A stretch of DNA of 64,000 nucleotides, from NCBI GenBank assembly GCA_016795035.1, contig JAEUIT010000010.1:13811-77810 (forward strand). Reading direction: 5' to 3'. Shown piece by piece: positions 18,905 to 27,591 of this stretch; the stretch's first letter is position 1, and every line of letters begins with the position of its first letter. The position numbers and the translations under genes were made by a program. This DNA comes from Phycisphaerae bacterium. Lineage in GTDB: Bacteria; Planctomycetota; Phycisphaerae; Phycisphaerales; SM1A02. Under the pieces are notes generated by a model. That model did not search any database, was not told the origin of the DNA, and saw nothing but the letters and a program-made list of their open reading frames with translations.

Positions 18905-19676
18905 TTCGCCCTGCAACGGGGAGAAGGAACCACAGATGAACACAGATGAACACGGATGAACACGGATGAACACGGATGAGAGGGAAGGGCGGCGCGGGGG
19001 TGGCATGCGCCGAGGTCCGTGAAGGTGAACGGGTATCGCGCGGACCACGATCTTCGATTAGGGATGTAGAACGAAGACCGCCGTTCGACCCGGCCGCGGA
19101 CGCGGTGGCCTTCGGCACCTCTTCTCCTATCGGTGTTCATCAGTGTTCATCTGTGGCTCCTCTTCTCTGTTGCAGGCGGGAGAAGGAACCACAGATGAAC
19201 ACAGATGAACACGGATGAGAAGGAAGGGCGGCGCGGGGGTGGCATGCGCCGGGGTCCGTGAAGGTGAACGGGTATCGCGCCGACCACGACTTTCGATTAG
19301 GGATGTAGAACGAAGACCGCCGTTCGACCCGGCTGCGGACGCGGTGGCCTTCGGCACTTCTTTTCCTATCGGTGTTCATCAGTGTTCATCTGTGGTTCCT
19401 CTTCTCTGTTGCAGGCGTGAGAAGGAACCACGGACGAACACAGATGAACACGGATGAGAAGGAAGGGCAGCGTGGGGGTGGCATGCGCCGAGGTTCGTGA
19501 AGGTGAACGGGTATCGCGCGGACCACGACTTTCGATGAGGGATGTAGAACGAAGACCGCCGTTCGACCCGGCTGCGGACGCGGTGGCCTTCGGCACTTCT
19601 TTTCCTATCGGTGTTCATCCGTGTTCATCGGTGGTTCCTCTTCCCTGTTGCAGGCGGGAGAAGGAACCACAGATGC
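18905..19676. repeat. Tandem array: 3 units (period about 239 bp) separated by about 80-nt near-perfect hairpins built from GATGAACAC decamers
   Basis: Units start near 18921, 19181 and 19420 and are over 90% identical by eye. Hairpins lie near 19133-19212, 19372-19451 and 19612-19676 (GTGTTCATCAGTGTTCATCTGTGGTTCC...loop TGTTGCAGGCG...GGAACCACAGATGAACACAGATGAACAC). The ORF track shows 239-bp periodic spurious ORFs on both strands. Confidence 0.9.
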
Positions 19677-19743
19677 ATACGGAGAAAGGCCCGAAAGGGC
19701 GAGCGCGGCGTCAGGGGACGGGCTCGCCCCCGCGACTCGGTTC

Positions 19744-20925
19744 TCACTTGCCGAAAAGCGCGTAGCTCAAGACGTTGATCGGCATGTTGACCTGCACGCC
19801 GACGAGGTGGTCGTCCACGCCGCCGACTTCCTGGTACGCGTAGCCGACCTGCATCTGAACTTGCGGCGAGAAGAAGGTGTAGCCGAGCGTCGCGCTCAGG
19901 AGCAGGTCGTCGGATTCGTTGCCGAATCCGTCGTCGGTGTTGCGCCAGGTCGCCGCGAGGTCGACCTCCCAATCGCCGTACGCGAACGTCACGCCAGGGG
20001 TGAAGTAGTCGGCGTTCGCGCCGTCGACACCCTGCCAATCCCAGAAGTGCACGTACTCGAAGCTCGGGGCGATGCTGAAGAACTTCCCGTCCACCGTACT
20101 CATCACGTCGTCGATGATCGGGATCGTCCAATTCAGGCCGGCGCTCAGGCCGTTCTCGCGCGGGCCGCCGTCACCGGCGCTCGACTGCGAGAGGAAGGAG
20201 ACCTGGTAGTTGAGGCTCGGATAGAGGAGCGGCACGTCGCTCGCGGTGTAGGAAACGAGCCAGCTCGCGCCGTCGTCGCCGCCGACCACGCCGTCGGTCT
20301 GCGCCGGCCCCGAGTCGTAGAGCACGGTCTTCGAGAGGAACGAGCCGTCGATCGTGAACGCGCCGAACTGGAGCGCGTGCACGCCGCCGCCGTCGTTGCC
20401 GGTCGAGAGAAGGCCGAGCGCGCCGACGCGCCCGTCGAACTGATAGTCGCCGACGAACTCGCCGTCGAAGACGCCGGGCAACGTGTTCCACGAGAAGCCG
20501 AACGGCACCGTGAAGATGCCGCCCTGGAGCCCGAGGCGCTGGTCGCTCCAGTTGAAGTACAGGTCGTCGACGCCGAAGCCCTCGCCGTTGAAGACGAGTG
20601 TTTCGCCGGGATCGGGATCGCGCACCTGGTCGATCGAGAGATTGACGACCGTCGTGAGGGTCGGCGTGATCCAGGTGTACGACGACATTGCGAGCGAGCC
20701 GGTGACGACGTTCGTGTCGTTGGCCTCGCTGTAGGTCCACGAGAGCTGCGGCTGGATGCCGAAGTTCATGACGGGGCCGTGCCAGCCGTCGAAATCGGCG
20801 AAGAGGTCGGCGATGCGCGTGAACGCGCGGCGATCGGACTTCGCCTGCGGATTCTGCTGCGCCAGGGCCTGCGGCGCGGCGGCGCACGCCGCGACGACGG
20901 CCGCGATCGCGATGCGTGCGTTCAT
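19744..20925 (-). CDS. outer-membrane beta-barrel porin-like protein
   Basis: ATG 20925 overlaps the upstream stop (ATGA). Signal peptide MNARIAIAAVVAACAAAPQALAQ, alternating beta-strand pattern, and a C-terminal aromatic-rich end (...NVLSYALFGK). Confidence 0.75.
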   Translation of the reverse strand: MNARIAIAAVVAACAAAPQALAQQNPQAKSDRRAFTRIADLFADFDGWHGPVMNFGIQPQLSWTYSEANDTNVVTGSLAMSSYTWITPTLTTVVNLSIDQVRDPDPGETLVFNGEGFGVDDLYFNWSDQRLGLQGGIFTVPFGFSWNTLPGVFDGEFVGDYQFDGRVGALGLLSTGNDGGGVHALQFGAFTIDGSFLSKTVLYDSGPAQTDGVVGGDDGASWLVSYTASDVPLLYPSLNYQVSFLSQSSAGDGGPRENGLSAGLNWTIPIIDDVMSTVDGKFFSIAPSFEYVHFWDWQGVDGANADYFTPGVTFAYGDWEVDLAATWRNTDDGFGNESDDLLLSATLGYTFFSPQVQMQVGYAYQEVGGVDDHLVGVQVNMPINVLSYALFGK

Positions 20926-22919
20926 CGGGTTGCCTCGCTTCCGGCGGCTGCAACGCGGTGTGGGACGCGCGCCGAGTTCGCGCGGATCGCGGCGACGATC
21001 TCGTCGGGCGATGCCGTCAGGTCGAAGCGCCGGAAGATCCGTCCGCCGGGACCGACGAGATAGAGGTCGGTCGAATGTCGCACCGTGTACGTGCCGTCCG
21101 GATCGGGCGGCTGCGGCTCGTAGGTCGCGCCGAAACTCCGCGCCGCCGCGGCGGTCGCGTCGGGCGTTCCCCGCAGCGCGACGAGCGGCACCGGCGCCGA
21201 CTGCACGTACGAGGCGAGCGTCGCGTCGGTCTCGCGCGAGGTGTCGACCGAGACGAGCGCGTAGCGCACGGACGGGTCGCCGTTGCCGAGGAGCGAGCGC
21301 ACGCGGGCGTACGACGCGAGCGTGCGCGGGCACGCGCCGCGGCACCGCGTGTAGCCGAACGCGAGGAGCGTGAGCCCGTCGAAATCCGCTTCGGTGACCG
21401 TGGCGCCGCGCTGGTCGACGAGCGTGAACGGCCCGCCCGTCGCGTTCGGATCGGCGGCCTTCACCGTGTCGTGATCCTCCGGCAACGCGGAGTTCGCATT
21501 CGCCGCCGGCGCTTTGGGGTCGTAGACCTCGATTGACGCCATCATGCCGCCGTCCTCGTGCTCGAGGATGTGGCAGTGGTAGACGAACTTGCCGAGGACG
21601 CACGGATGCGTGAACGGGATGATGATCTCGATCTGGCCGTAGATCGGCACGTTCACGGTGTCGAGGTGCCCTACGAAGGGCTGCGGATCTCCGTTGACGC
21701 TCACGACCTGGAAGTCGGTCTGATGAATGTGGAAGGCGTGCAGTTCGCCGGTGGCGTTCACGATCGTCCACTTCTCGACGGTGCCGAACGGCACGCGGGT
21801 GTCGACGCGCGAGCCGACGAACACCGAGTTGTTCACGCGGAAGTCGGTGTCGGTCTCGTCGAAGACGATCGTGCGCGTCGCGTCGATCGTCCGCGTGCGG
21901 AGATCCTCGATCGGCATCGACGCGGCCCGCGCGATCGGCAGCGCGATCCGCGTTGCAGCCGGTTCGCCGGCGCACACCATCGTCGCGAGCCGCTCGGCCG
22001 GATAGCCGTCGCCCGCGGGGCCGGTGCGGATCCGGCTCGTCGTGAGCGGCGTCTCGCCGGGATCGCCGCCTTGCACGAGCACTTCGACGCGCGCGGCCGG
22101 CGCGAGCAGGTAGCGCGTGGCCGGCGTCATCACCGGGACCGGGTTGCCGTCGGTGGCGACGATCCAGAAGGTCTTGCCGCCGAGCTCGAGGTTGAAGTAA
22201 TGGTCGCTCGACTGGTTCACGAAGCGCCACAACTGCGTTTCGCCTGGGCGAATCGCGATCGCGGGATCCGTTTGCCCGTTCACGGTGCGGAGGAGCGGAA
22301 TGCCCGAGGTCTGGATGCCCCACGTGAGGTCGCCGTTCCAGGCGCGCTGCACGGCGCTCAGGATGAGCACGTGCTCCGTGAGGTTCGCCGACGCGAGCTC
22401 GGGCCACCCTTCGAGCACGCCGTCGACGATGACGCTGCCCGCGAGCCCGCTCATCACGAGCCGCTCGCTCGATTGGTGCGCGTGCGAGTGATGCCAGTAG
22501 AGCCCGGGCTGGTGGTAGTCGGGGATCGTGATGCGGTACGTGTACTCGTGGCCCTGCGGCACGCGCGTCCAGATGTTGTCGCCGTACTCGAGCGGCGACA
22601 CCTGCATGCCGTGGTAGTGGATGTTCGTGCTCTGGTCGCCGTCATTCACGAGCGTGAGCTCGATGCGGTCGCCGCGCGCGACGCGGATCGAGGGCGGGAT
22701 GTAGGTCTCGTTGTAGACGAGCGTGCGCACGGTGGTGTTGCCGACCGGAACGGTCGCGCGGCTCACGCGAAAGGTCGCCTTCGCCACGCCGTTCTCCGCG
22801 CGTATCTCGGGGATGTCGCGAAGCGGCTCGCGGACGGGCGCCGTGTCGGCGACCGCGTTCCCGGCAACGGTGAGCGTGAGCGCGATGAACGCCGCCGCAG
22901 CAATTCGATGCTGTCGCAT
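20922..22919 (-). CDS. multicopper oxidase fused to a C-terminal SCO1/SenC copper-chaperone domain
   Basis: Signal peptide. MCO copper ligand motifs HYHGM, WHHSHAH, HAFHIHQ and HCHILEHEDGGMM. C-terminal thioredoxin-like SCO1 domain with CRGAC (CxxxC) and a downstream His (VRHSTDLYLV). Confidence 0.88.
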   Translation of the reverse strand: MRQHRIAAAAFIALTLTVAGNAVADTAPVREPLRDIPEIRAENGVAKATFRVSRATVPVGNTTVRTLVYNETYIPPSIRVARGDRIELTLVNDGDQSTNIHYHGMQVSPLEYGDNIWTRVPQGHEYTYRITIPDYHQPGLYWHHSHAHQSSERLVMSGLAGSVIVDGVLEGWPELASANLTEHVLILSAVQRAWNGDLTWGIQTSGIPLLRTVNGQTDPAIAIRPGETQLWRFVNQSSDHYFNLELGGKTFWIVATDGNPVPVMTPATRYLLAPAARVEVLVQGGDPGETPLTTSRIRTGPAGDGYPAERLATMVCAGEPAATRIALPIARAASMPIEDLRTRTIDATRTIVFDETDTDFRVNNSVFVGSRVDTRVPFGTVEKWTIVNATGELHAFHIHQTDFQVVSVNGDPQPFVGHLDTVNVPIYGQIEIIIPFTHPCVLGKFVYHCHILEHEDGGMMASIEVYDPKAPAANANSALPEDHDTVKAADPNATGGPFTLVDQRGATVTEADFDGLTLLAFGYTRCRGACPRTLASYARVRSLLGNGDPSVRYALVSVDTSRETDATLASYVQSAPVPLVALRGTPDATAAAARSFGATYEPQPPDPDGTYTVRHSTDLYLVGPGGRIFRRFDLTASPDEIVAAIRANSARVPHRVAAAGSEATR

Positions 22920-23009
22920 GAGGGCTCCTTGCGGATTGGCCGCGCGGCGCCGAACGACCGCGCGGGCGCGGCGGACTGTACCCGGATTGCGGGGCGCTCG
23001 TGCGCGTTG

Positions 23010-23597
23010 TTAGCCGCGCGTCGCCGGCGCGCCGAGGATCGTTTCCGTTTGGCGCCGATGGATCCGAAGGTGCATGCCGACGAGCGCGTGCCAGCCGCGG
23101 ACGTCGAGCGGGCCGAACCACGGATGGGCGTACCGCGCGGCGCTCGCCGGGTTCGCCTCCGCGATCGCGGCGAGGATCGTGTCGCACGAGCGTTCGTAGG
23201 GAACGCGGATCGATCCGTCGACGGCGGGGGAGGGCTTCACGTCGGCGGTGCTCGTCGCGCCGGGCGGCACGATGCCGTTCGACAGCGACCGCATCACGCC
23301 CGCGACGCCCTCATGGACGCGACGAAGGTGGTCGAGCGTCATCCAGACGGACCAATGGCGGCTCGAGTCCTCGAGGCCGCGAAGGCGCGGGATGAGGACG
23401 CGGACGCCCAGGCGATCGGGCGCGGTCGCGTCGAGGATCGCGGCGATGCGGGCGCGTTCGTCGGTGATGTCCGCGGTGAAGGACGCGGGCGTGCCGCGGG
23501 CACGGCGGAGGCGAAAGAGGACGCGGGCCACGAGGAGTTCGGGAAGCGGAAGGCCGGCGCCCGGAGGCGCGAGGCGGGGTTCGGCGTTCACTTGCAT
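23010..23597 (-). CDS. DinB family protein
   Basis: 195 aa with DinB_2-like features (WSVWMTLDHLRRVHEG ... HALVGMHLRIHRRQ). Divergent from an HxlR regulator, a common pairing. Confidence 0.65.
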   Translation of the reverse strand: MQVNAEPRLAPPGAGLPLPELLVARVLFRLRRARGTPASFTADITDERARIAAILDATAPDRLGVRVLIPRLRGLEDSSRHWSVWMTLDHLRRVHEGVAGVMRSLSNGIVPPGATSTADVKPSPAVDGSIRVPYERSCDTILAAIAEANPASAARYAHPWFGPLDVRGWHALVGMHLRIHRRQTETILGAPATRG

Positions 23598-23633
23598 AGT
23601 GCAAGTATCGTCTCATACTTGCAAAATGCAAGT
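23590..23633. promoter_or_regulatory. Two 17-bp palindromes ACTTGCA-N3-TGCAAGT: putative HxlR operator pair in the divergent DinB/HxlR intergenic region
   Basis: ACTTGCATAGTGCAAGT at 23590-23606 and ACTTGCAAAATGCAAGT at 23617-23633, both perfect inverted repeats spaced 27 bp centre to centre. Confidence 0.65.
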
Positions 23634-23667
23634 GACGGGGCGGGTCGAACCGATACGATGGCCCACG

Positions 23668-24102
23668 ATGGCTGCCCGCACACGACAACGGACGGCGCCC
23701 AACCCGCACCCCGACCCGCAGCCCGACCCGCAGCCCAACCCGGACTCCGCCGCCAGCACTCGGCGGTCGCCCTGTCCGGTGGCTTGCGCGCTCGACCTCG
23801 TGGGCGACCGCTGGACGCTCCTCGTGGTGCGCGATCTCTTCTTCGGCCGGACGCGCTTCCGCGACTTCGCCGCGTCGCCCGAGCGAATTCCGACGAACAT
23901 CCTCTCCGAGCGCCTCGAGCGGCTCGTCGCGCACGGCGTCGCCGAGCGCGTGCCGGCCGACGATGGGTCGGCGCGGCAGGGCTATCGATTGACGCGCAAG
24001 GGGAAGGCGCTCCTGCCGATCCTTGAGGCGATGAAGAGCTGGGGCCTGAAGTGGGAGCCGGGGACGAAGGCGATGCGCGCGGGGGGTGTGGGAGGCGGCT
24101 GA
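23668..24102 (+). CDS. HxlR family transcriptional regulator
   Basis: CPVACALDLVGDRWTLLVVRDLFFGRTRFRDF...IPTNILSERLERLV..GV is the HxlR winged-helix signature. ATG 23668 chosen. An upstream in-frame ATG at 23626 lies inside the operator palindrome. Confidence 0.85.
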   Translation: MAARTRQRTAPNPHPDPQPDPQPNPDSAASTRRSPCPVACALDLVGDRWTLLVVRDLFFGRTRFRDFAASPERIPTNILSERLERLVAHGVAERVPADDGSARQGYRLTRKGKALLPILEAMKSWGLKWEPGTKAMRAGGVGGG

Positions 24103-24159
24103 GGATGCGAAGGGGGGAAGGGCGGCGCTCGAGGTGGCGCTCGTGGGCGGTTCGTCGTT

Positions 24160-24625
24160 CTTCTGGCTGCAACGGGGAGAGGAACCGCCGATGAACGCAG
24201 AGGAATTCGGATGAAGAAGCGAGGTTCGTGGTAGCCGTGCGTGCGCGGAGGCCGAGGCGGCTCAGTGCTCCGGCCTGAGAGTTCGCGCGGCAACGCCGTG
24301 TCGGCCTTCCGCTCCTATCTGTGTTCATCCGTGTTCATCCGTGGTTCCTTCTTCTTCCTGCAACAGAGAGAGGGAACCACCGATGAACACAGATGAACAC
24401 GGATGAAGAGTACAGGCAGTAGCCGCCGTGCGTGCGCGGAGCTCATCCGAGTCGGGCGCCGACGCCAACGCGGCTGAGCGCTCGGGCCTGCGAGTTCTCG
24501 CGGCAACGCCGTGTCGGCCTTCCGCTCCTATCTGTGTTCATCTGTGTTCATCCGTGGTTCCTTCTCCTTACTGCAACAGAGAAGGGAAACCACCGATGAA
24601 CACAGATGAACACGGATCAAGAGTA
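24160..24625. repeat. Second tandem array (2 units plus a truncated third, about 195-215 bp) with the same decamer-hairpin delimiters but different internal sequence
   Basis: Hairpins at 24321-24400 and 24534-24613 (GTGTTCATCCGTGTTCATCCGTGGTTCC...CTGCAACAGAGA...GGAACCACCGATGAACACAGATGAACAC). The left edge at 24167 is CTGCAACGGGGAGAGGAACC, as at 18911. Confidence 0.85.
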
Positions 24626-24656
24626 AAAGCAGTAGCCGCCATGCCAGCGCGCAGCC

Positions 24657-27467
24657 TCAGCTCTCCGCGTTGCCGCGCACGCGGTCCTTCGCGGCGCGCA
24701 GGCGGCCGAGCTCGGGCGTCGCGGCGCTCTCCGGTTCCGCGTTGCCGCTTGGGCGCGCGTCGGGCGCAGGAGGGACGTCTCGACGTGTCGCGGCCACCGG
24801 AATCACGGCCGCGGCCGCAGCGGCGAGCATGCGCTCCTTGCGGAGCGCGAGCCGTCGCGCGGCGGTGTCGGCAACGAAGAGCGCCGCCGCGAGGACCGCG
24901 CAGAGGTCCCAGATCGACGTCCGTCGATACGGCATGCGCACGTTGTCGCGCGACCAGAGATCGTTCGGCGGACCGGCGAGGGAAAGGACGCGCCCGCCGG
25001 TCGTGGCCGCCGCGCGGGTGAGCCGCCCGAGGTCGGTGCCTTCGGCGAGCCGTTCGCGGTCGTCGCGCACGATCACTCCGCGGCGTGCCGTGCGCACCGA
25101 GGCGCCGTCGTCGACCGCGGCCTGCGCGAGCGCGATGCCGCCTGCGAGCGGTCCGGTGCGCCCCACGAACTCCGTGAGCGAGGTGCGCTCGAGCGGAACC
25201 AGCCGTTCGACGCCCGCGCCGTCGACAAGGCGCACGGCGCTCGTCCGCACCGCGCCCGGCTGCTCGCCGCGCACGGAGAGCGAGATCGCGGTCTCGCCCG
25301 CGCTCGGACGCACGCGCAGGACGAGCGTCCCGTCGTCCGCCGGTCGGAGCGATCGCTTGAGGAGATGCCGCCAGAGCGTCGCGTACGAGTCGCTCGCGAG
25401 CCAGCCGCGGTCCCAAGCCGCCGTCGCGTCGCCCGTCCATGCGTACACGCGTCCGAGGCCGTGATTCCAGTGCGCGAGGATCGGATCGCCGCGCGGCGAC
25501 TGCGCGTCGATCGTCGCGAGACCGAGGCGCGGCGCGGTGACGACGTAGCCGGTCATCTCGGGCAGCGGATCCGACACGCCCGCGAGCGGCAGCAACGACG
25601 AGGTGACGGTCGGCCGAAACGCGTCGCCTTCGGCGATGAGCGAGCGCTTCAGGAGGAACGTCTCGCGCTGGAAAATCGGCGTGAGCGACTTCTCCGCATT
25701 CTTCGAGTCGGCGGCCCAATGGCGCCCGCCGCCGAGCTGCGCGAGGCCGCGCATCAACGGCGCGTTCACGGAGTCGCCGACGACGATCGTCGAGAGCGTC
25801 GTGCCTTCGTTCGCCATCGCGCGGGCGATCGCGAGGCCGGTCTGCGCGTCGCCCGCCGTCTCGCCGTCCGACAGCACCACGACGTGCCGCGTGCCGAGCG
25901 GCCGCGTGGAGAGTTCGGTCCGTGCGAGCTCGAGCGCGGGGAAGAGATCCGTGCCGCCGCCCGAGCCGAGCGACGCGATCGCGCGCCCGATCGCCTCGGG
26001 GTCGGCGTTCAGGGTGAGCGGCACGATGACGTCGCTTGCGGCGTCGAACGCGATCACGGTGACGAACTGGTCGCGCCCGAGCGCCCGCACCGCGGCGATC
26101 GCCGCGTCGGCCGCCAAGTCGAGCTGCGACTTTCCGCCCGCGAGCCGTCGGCTCATCGAGCCCGAGCGATCGATCACGAGCGCGAGCGCGGACGACGGCA
26201 CGTGTCGTTCCGGCGGAGGATCGAGTTCGAGCGGAAGGATCTCGGCGAAGCGCGAGCCGATCCAGCCGCCGGCGCCGTAGGCGTTGTGGCCGCCGACCGT
26301 GACGAGGCCGCCGCCGAAGTCGCGCACATACTGCATCAGGGCCGCTTCGCCTTGGCGCGTGGTGTCGAACGCGCCGAAGTCGCAGAGGACGATCGCGTCG
26401 AAGCTGGCAAGCTCCGCGGCGGACGTGCCGAGCGCGCTCGGCGCGATGGCCACGACATCCACGTCCTCGCCTTCGAGGGCGGACACGAGATCGGCGCTGC
26501 GCGAGGAGTTCGACACGACGGCGACCCGGGCGCGGCCCGACGCGAATGCGATGGCGCTTCCCGTCTCGAGGTCGGCGTCGCCGCGCGGATCGTTCGTCTC
26601 CACGCGCACGTCGAATCGGCACGCGCCCGAGGCGGGAGCTGCAACGTCGATGACGAACGTCTCGCGTCCCGGCCTGATCGACACGGGCACGCGACGCTCG
26701 CCCGACGCGACCGGTTCGAGCACGCCGTTGCGCCGCACGGTGATCCAGGCGTCGAGCGCTTCACGCGACTCGATCGTGACGCGCAGCGGAACGATCGAGC
26801 CGGCCCGCACGACGTCGGGGGTGAGCACGCTCTCGACGACGACCGGAGGCCGCTCGCCGGCGTCGATCGGGACGACGTCGATCGGGATGCCGGCCGCCGC
26901 CGCGGCACGCACGGCGGCGTCGAACTCGCCTGCGAGGTCGTGGCCGTCGCTCACGAGGGTGAGCCGGCCGCCCGCATCCGGCGGCAACGCAGAGAGCGCA
27001 AGCGAGACGGCGGCGCCGAGATCGGTGAAGTCGCGCGATTGCGACGCGTCGGCGCGGGCCGCAAGCTGGGCGGCGGCGTCGGTGGGCGTGGTCGGGAGCG
27101 GGGCGTGCCTCAGAAGGGGCGTCGCCGCCGCGGTCACGACGCCCAGTCGGTCGTCAGCGCGAAGCGCCGCCGCTTCCGCCGCGAGGACGCGGTCGATCTC
27201 AGTGTCTTGCTGGCGCGGAACGCTGTCGCTCACGTCGCGCACGACGATCGTCGCGACGTCGTCGGCGCGCCAGATCGTGACCGGACGCGCCAAGGCTGCA
27301 ACGAGGAGCGCGACGCTCGCGAGACGAAGCGCGATCGACACCGGCCGCGACCGCCAACCGCTCTCGGAGCGAAGCGCGATGGCGAGGACGATCGCCACGG
27401 CGACGGGAAGCGCGAGGAGCCAGAGCGGCTCGTCGAAGAGGACGTTGAGGAAGGCGAGAGTGGGCAT
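24657..27467 (-). CDS. BatA-like N-terminal TM / glutamine-amidotransferase-like / VWA domain membrane protein
   Basis: N-terminus MPTLAFLNVLFDEPLWLLALPVAVAIVLAI. VWA MIDAS region (ALVIDRSGSM...GGTDL...VVVLSDGE). C-terminal TM helix. 936 aa. Confidence 0.85.
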   Translation of the reverse strand: MPTLAFLNVLFDEPLWLLALPVAVAIVLAIALRSESGWRSRPVSIALRLASVALLVAALARPVTIWRADDVATIVVRDVSDSVPRQQDTEIDRVLAAEAAALRADDRLGVVTAAATPLLRHAPLPTTPTDAAAQLAARADASQSRDFTDLGAAVSLALSALPPDAGGRLTLVSDGHDLAGEFDAAVRAAAAAGIPIDVVPIDAGERPPVVVESVLTPDVVRAGSIVPLRVTIESREALDAWITVRRNGVLEPVASGERRVPVSIRPGRETFVIDVAAPASGACRFDVRVETNDPRGDADLETGSAIAFASGRARVAVVSNSSRSADLVSALEGEDVDVVAIAPSALGTSAAELASFDAIVLCDFGAFDTTRQGEAALMQYVRDFGGGLVTVGGHNAYGAGGWIGSRFAEILPLELDPPPERHVPSSALALVIDRSGSMSRRLAGGKSQLDLAADAAIAAVRALGRDQFVTVIAFDAASDVIVPLTLNADPEAIGRAIASLGSGGGTDLFPALELARTELSTRPLGTRHVVVLSDGETAGDAQTGLAIARAMANEGTTLSTIVVGDSVNAPLMRGLAQLGGGRHWAADSKNAEKSLTPIFQRETFLLKRSLIAEGDAFRPTVTSSLLPLAGVSDPLPEMTGYVVTAPRLGLATIDAQSPRGDPILAHWNHGLGRVYAWTGDATAAWDRGWLASDSYATLWRHLLKRSLRPADDGTLVLRVRPSAGETAISLSVRGEQPGAVRTSAVRLVDGAGVERLVPLERTSLTEFVGRTGPLAGGIALAQAAVDDGASVRTARRGVIVRDDRERLAEGTDLGRLTRAAATTGGRVLSLAGPPNDLWSRDNVRMPYRRTSIWDLCAVLAAALFVADTAARRLALRKERMLAAAAAAVIPVAATRRDVPPAPDARPSGNAEPESAATPELGRLRAAKDRVRGNAES

Positions 27468-27591
27468 CGGGGTTCGGTCCGGGTGCGTCGCGTCCTATGG
27501 GCCCGAGCGTACGTGGGCCGACCGCGAACGGGAGCGGCGGCGCGGCACTTTCACCGTGATTCGCCGAGGGTGGCCTTGTTAGCATCTCGGC

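Noticed and set aside
19310-19345. tRNA-like T-arm (GCCG-TTCGACC-CGGC) inside each 239-bp repeat unit
   Set aside because: Only a 4-bp stem with a T-loop-like heptamer. I could not find an acceptor stem, anticodon arm or D-arm, so there is not enough to call a tRNA-derived element.
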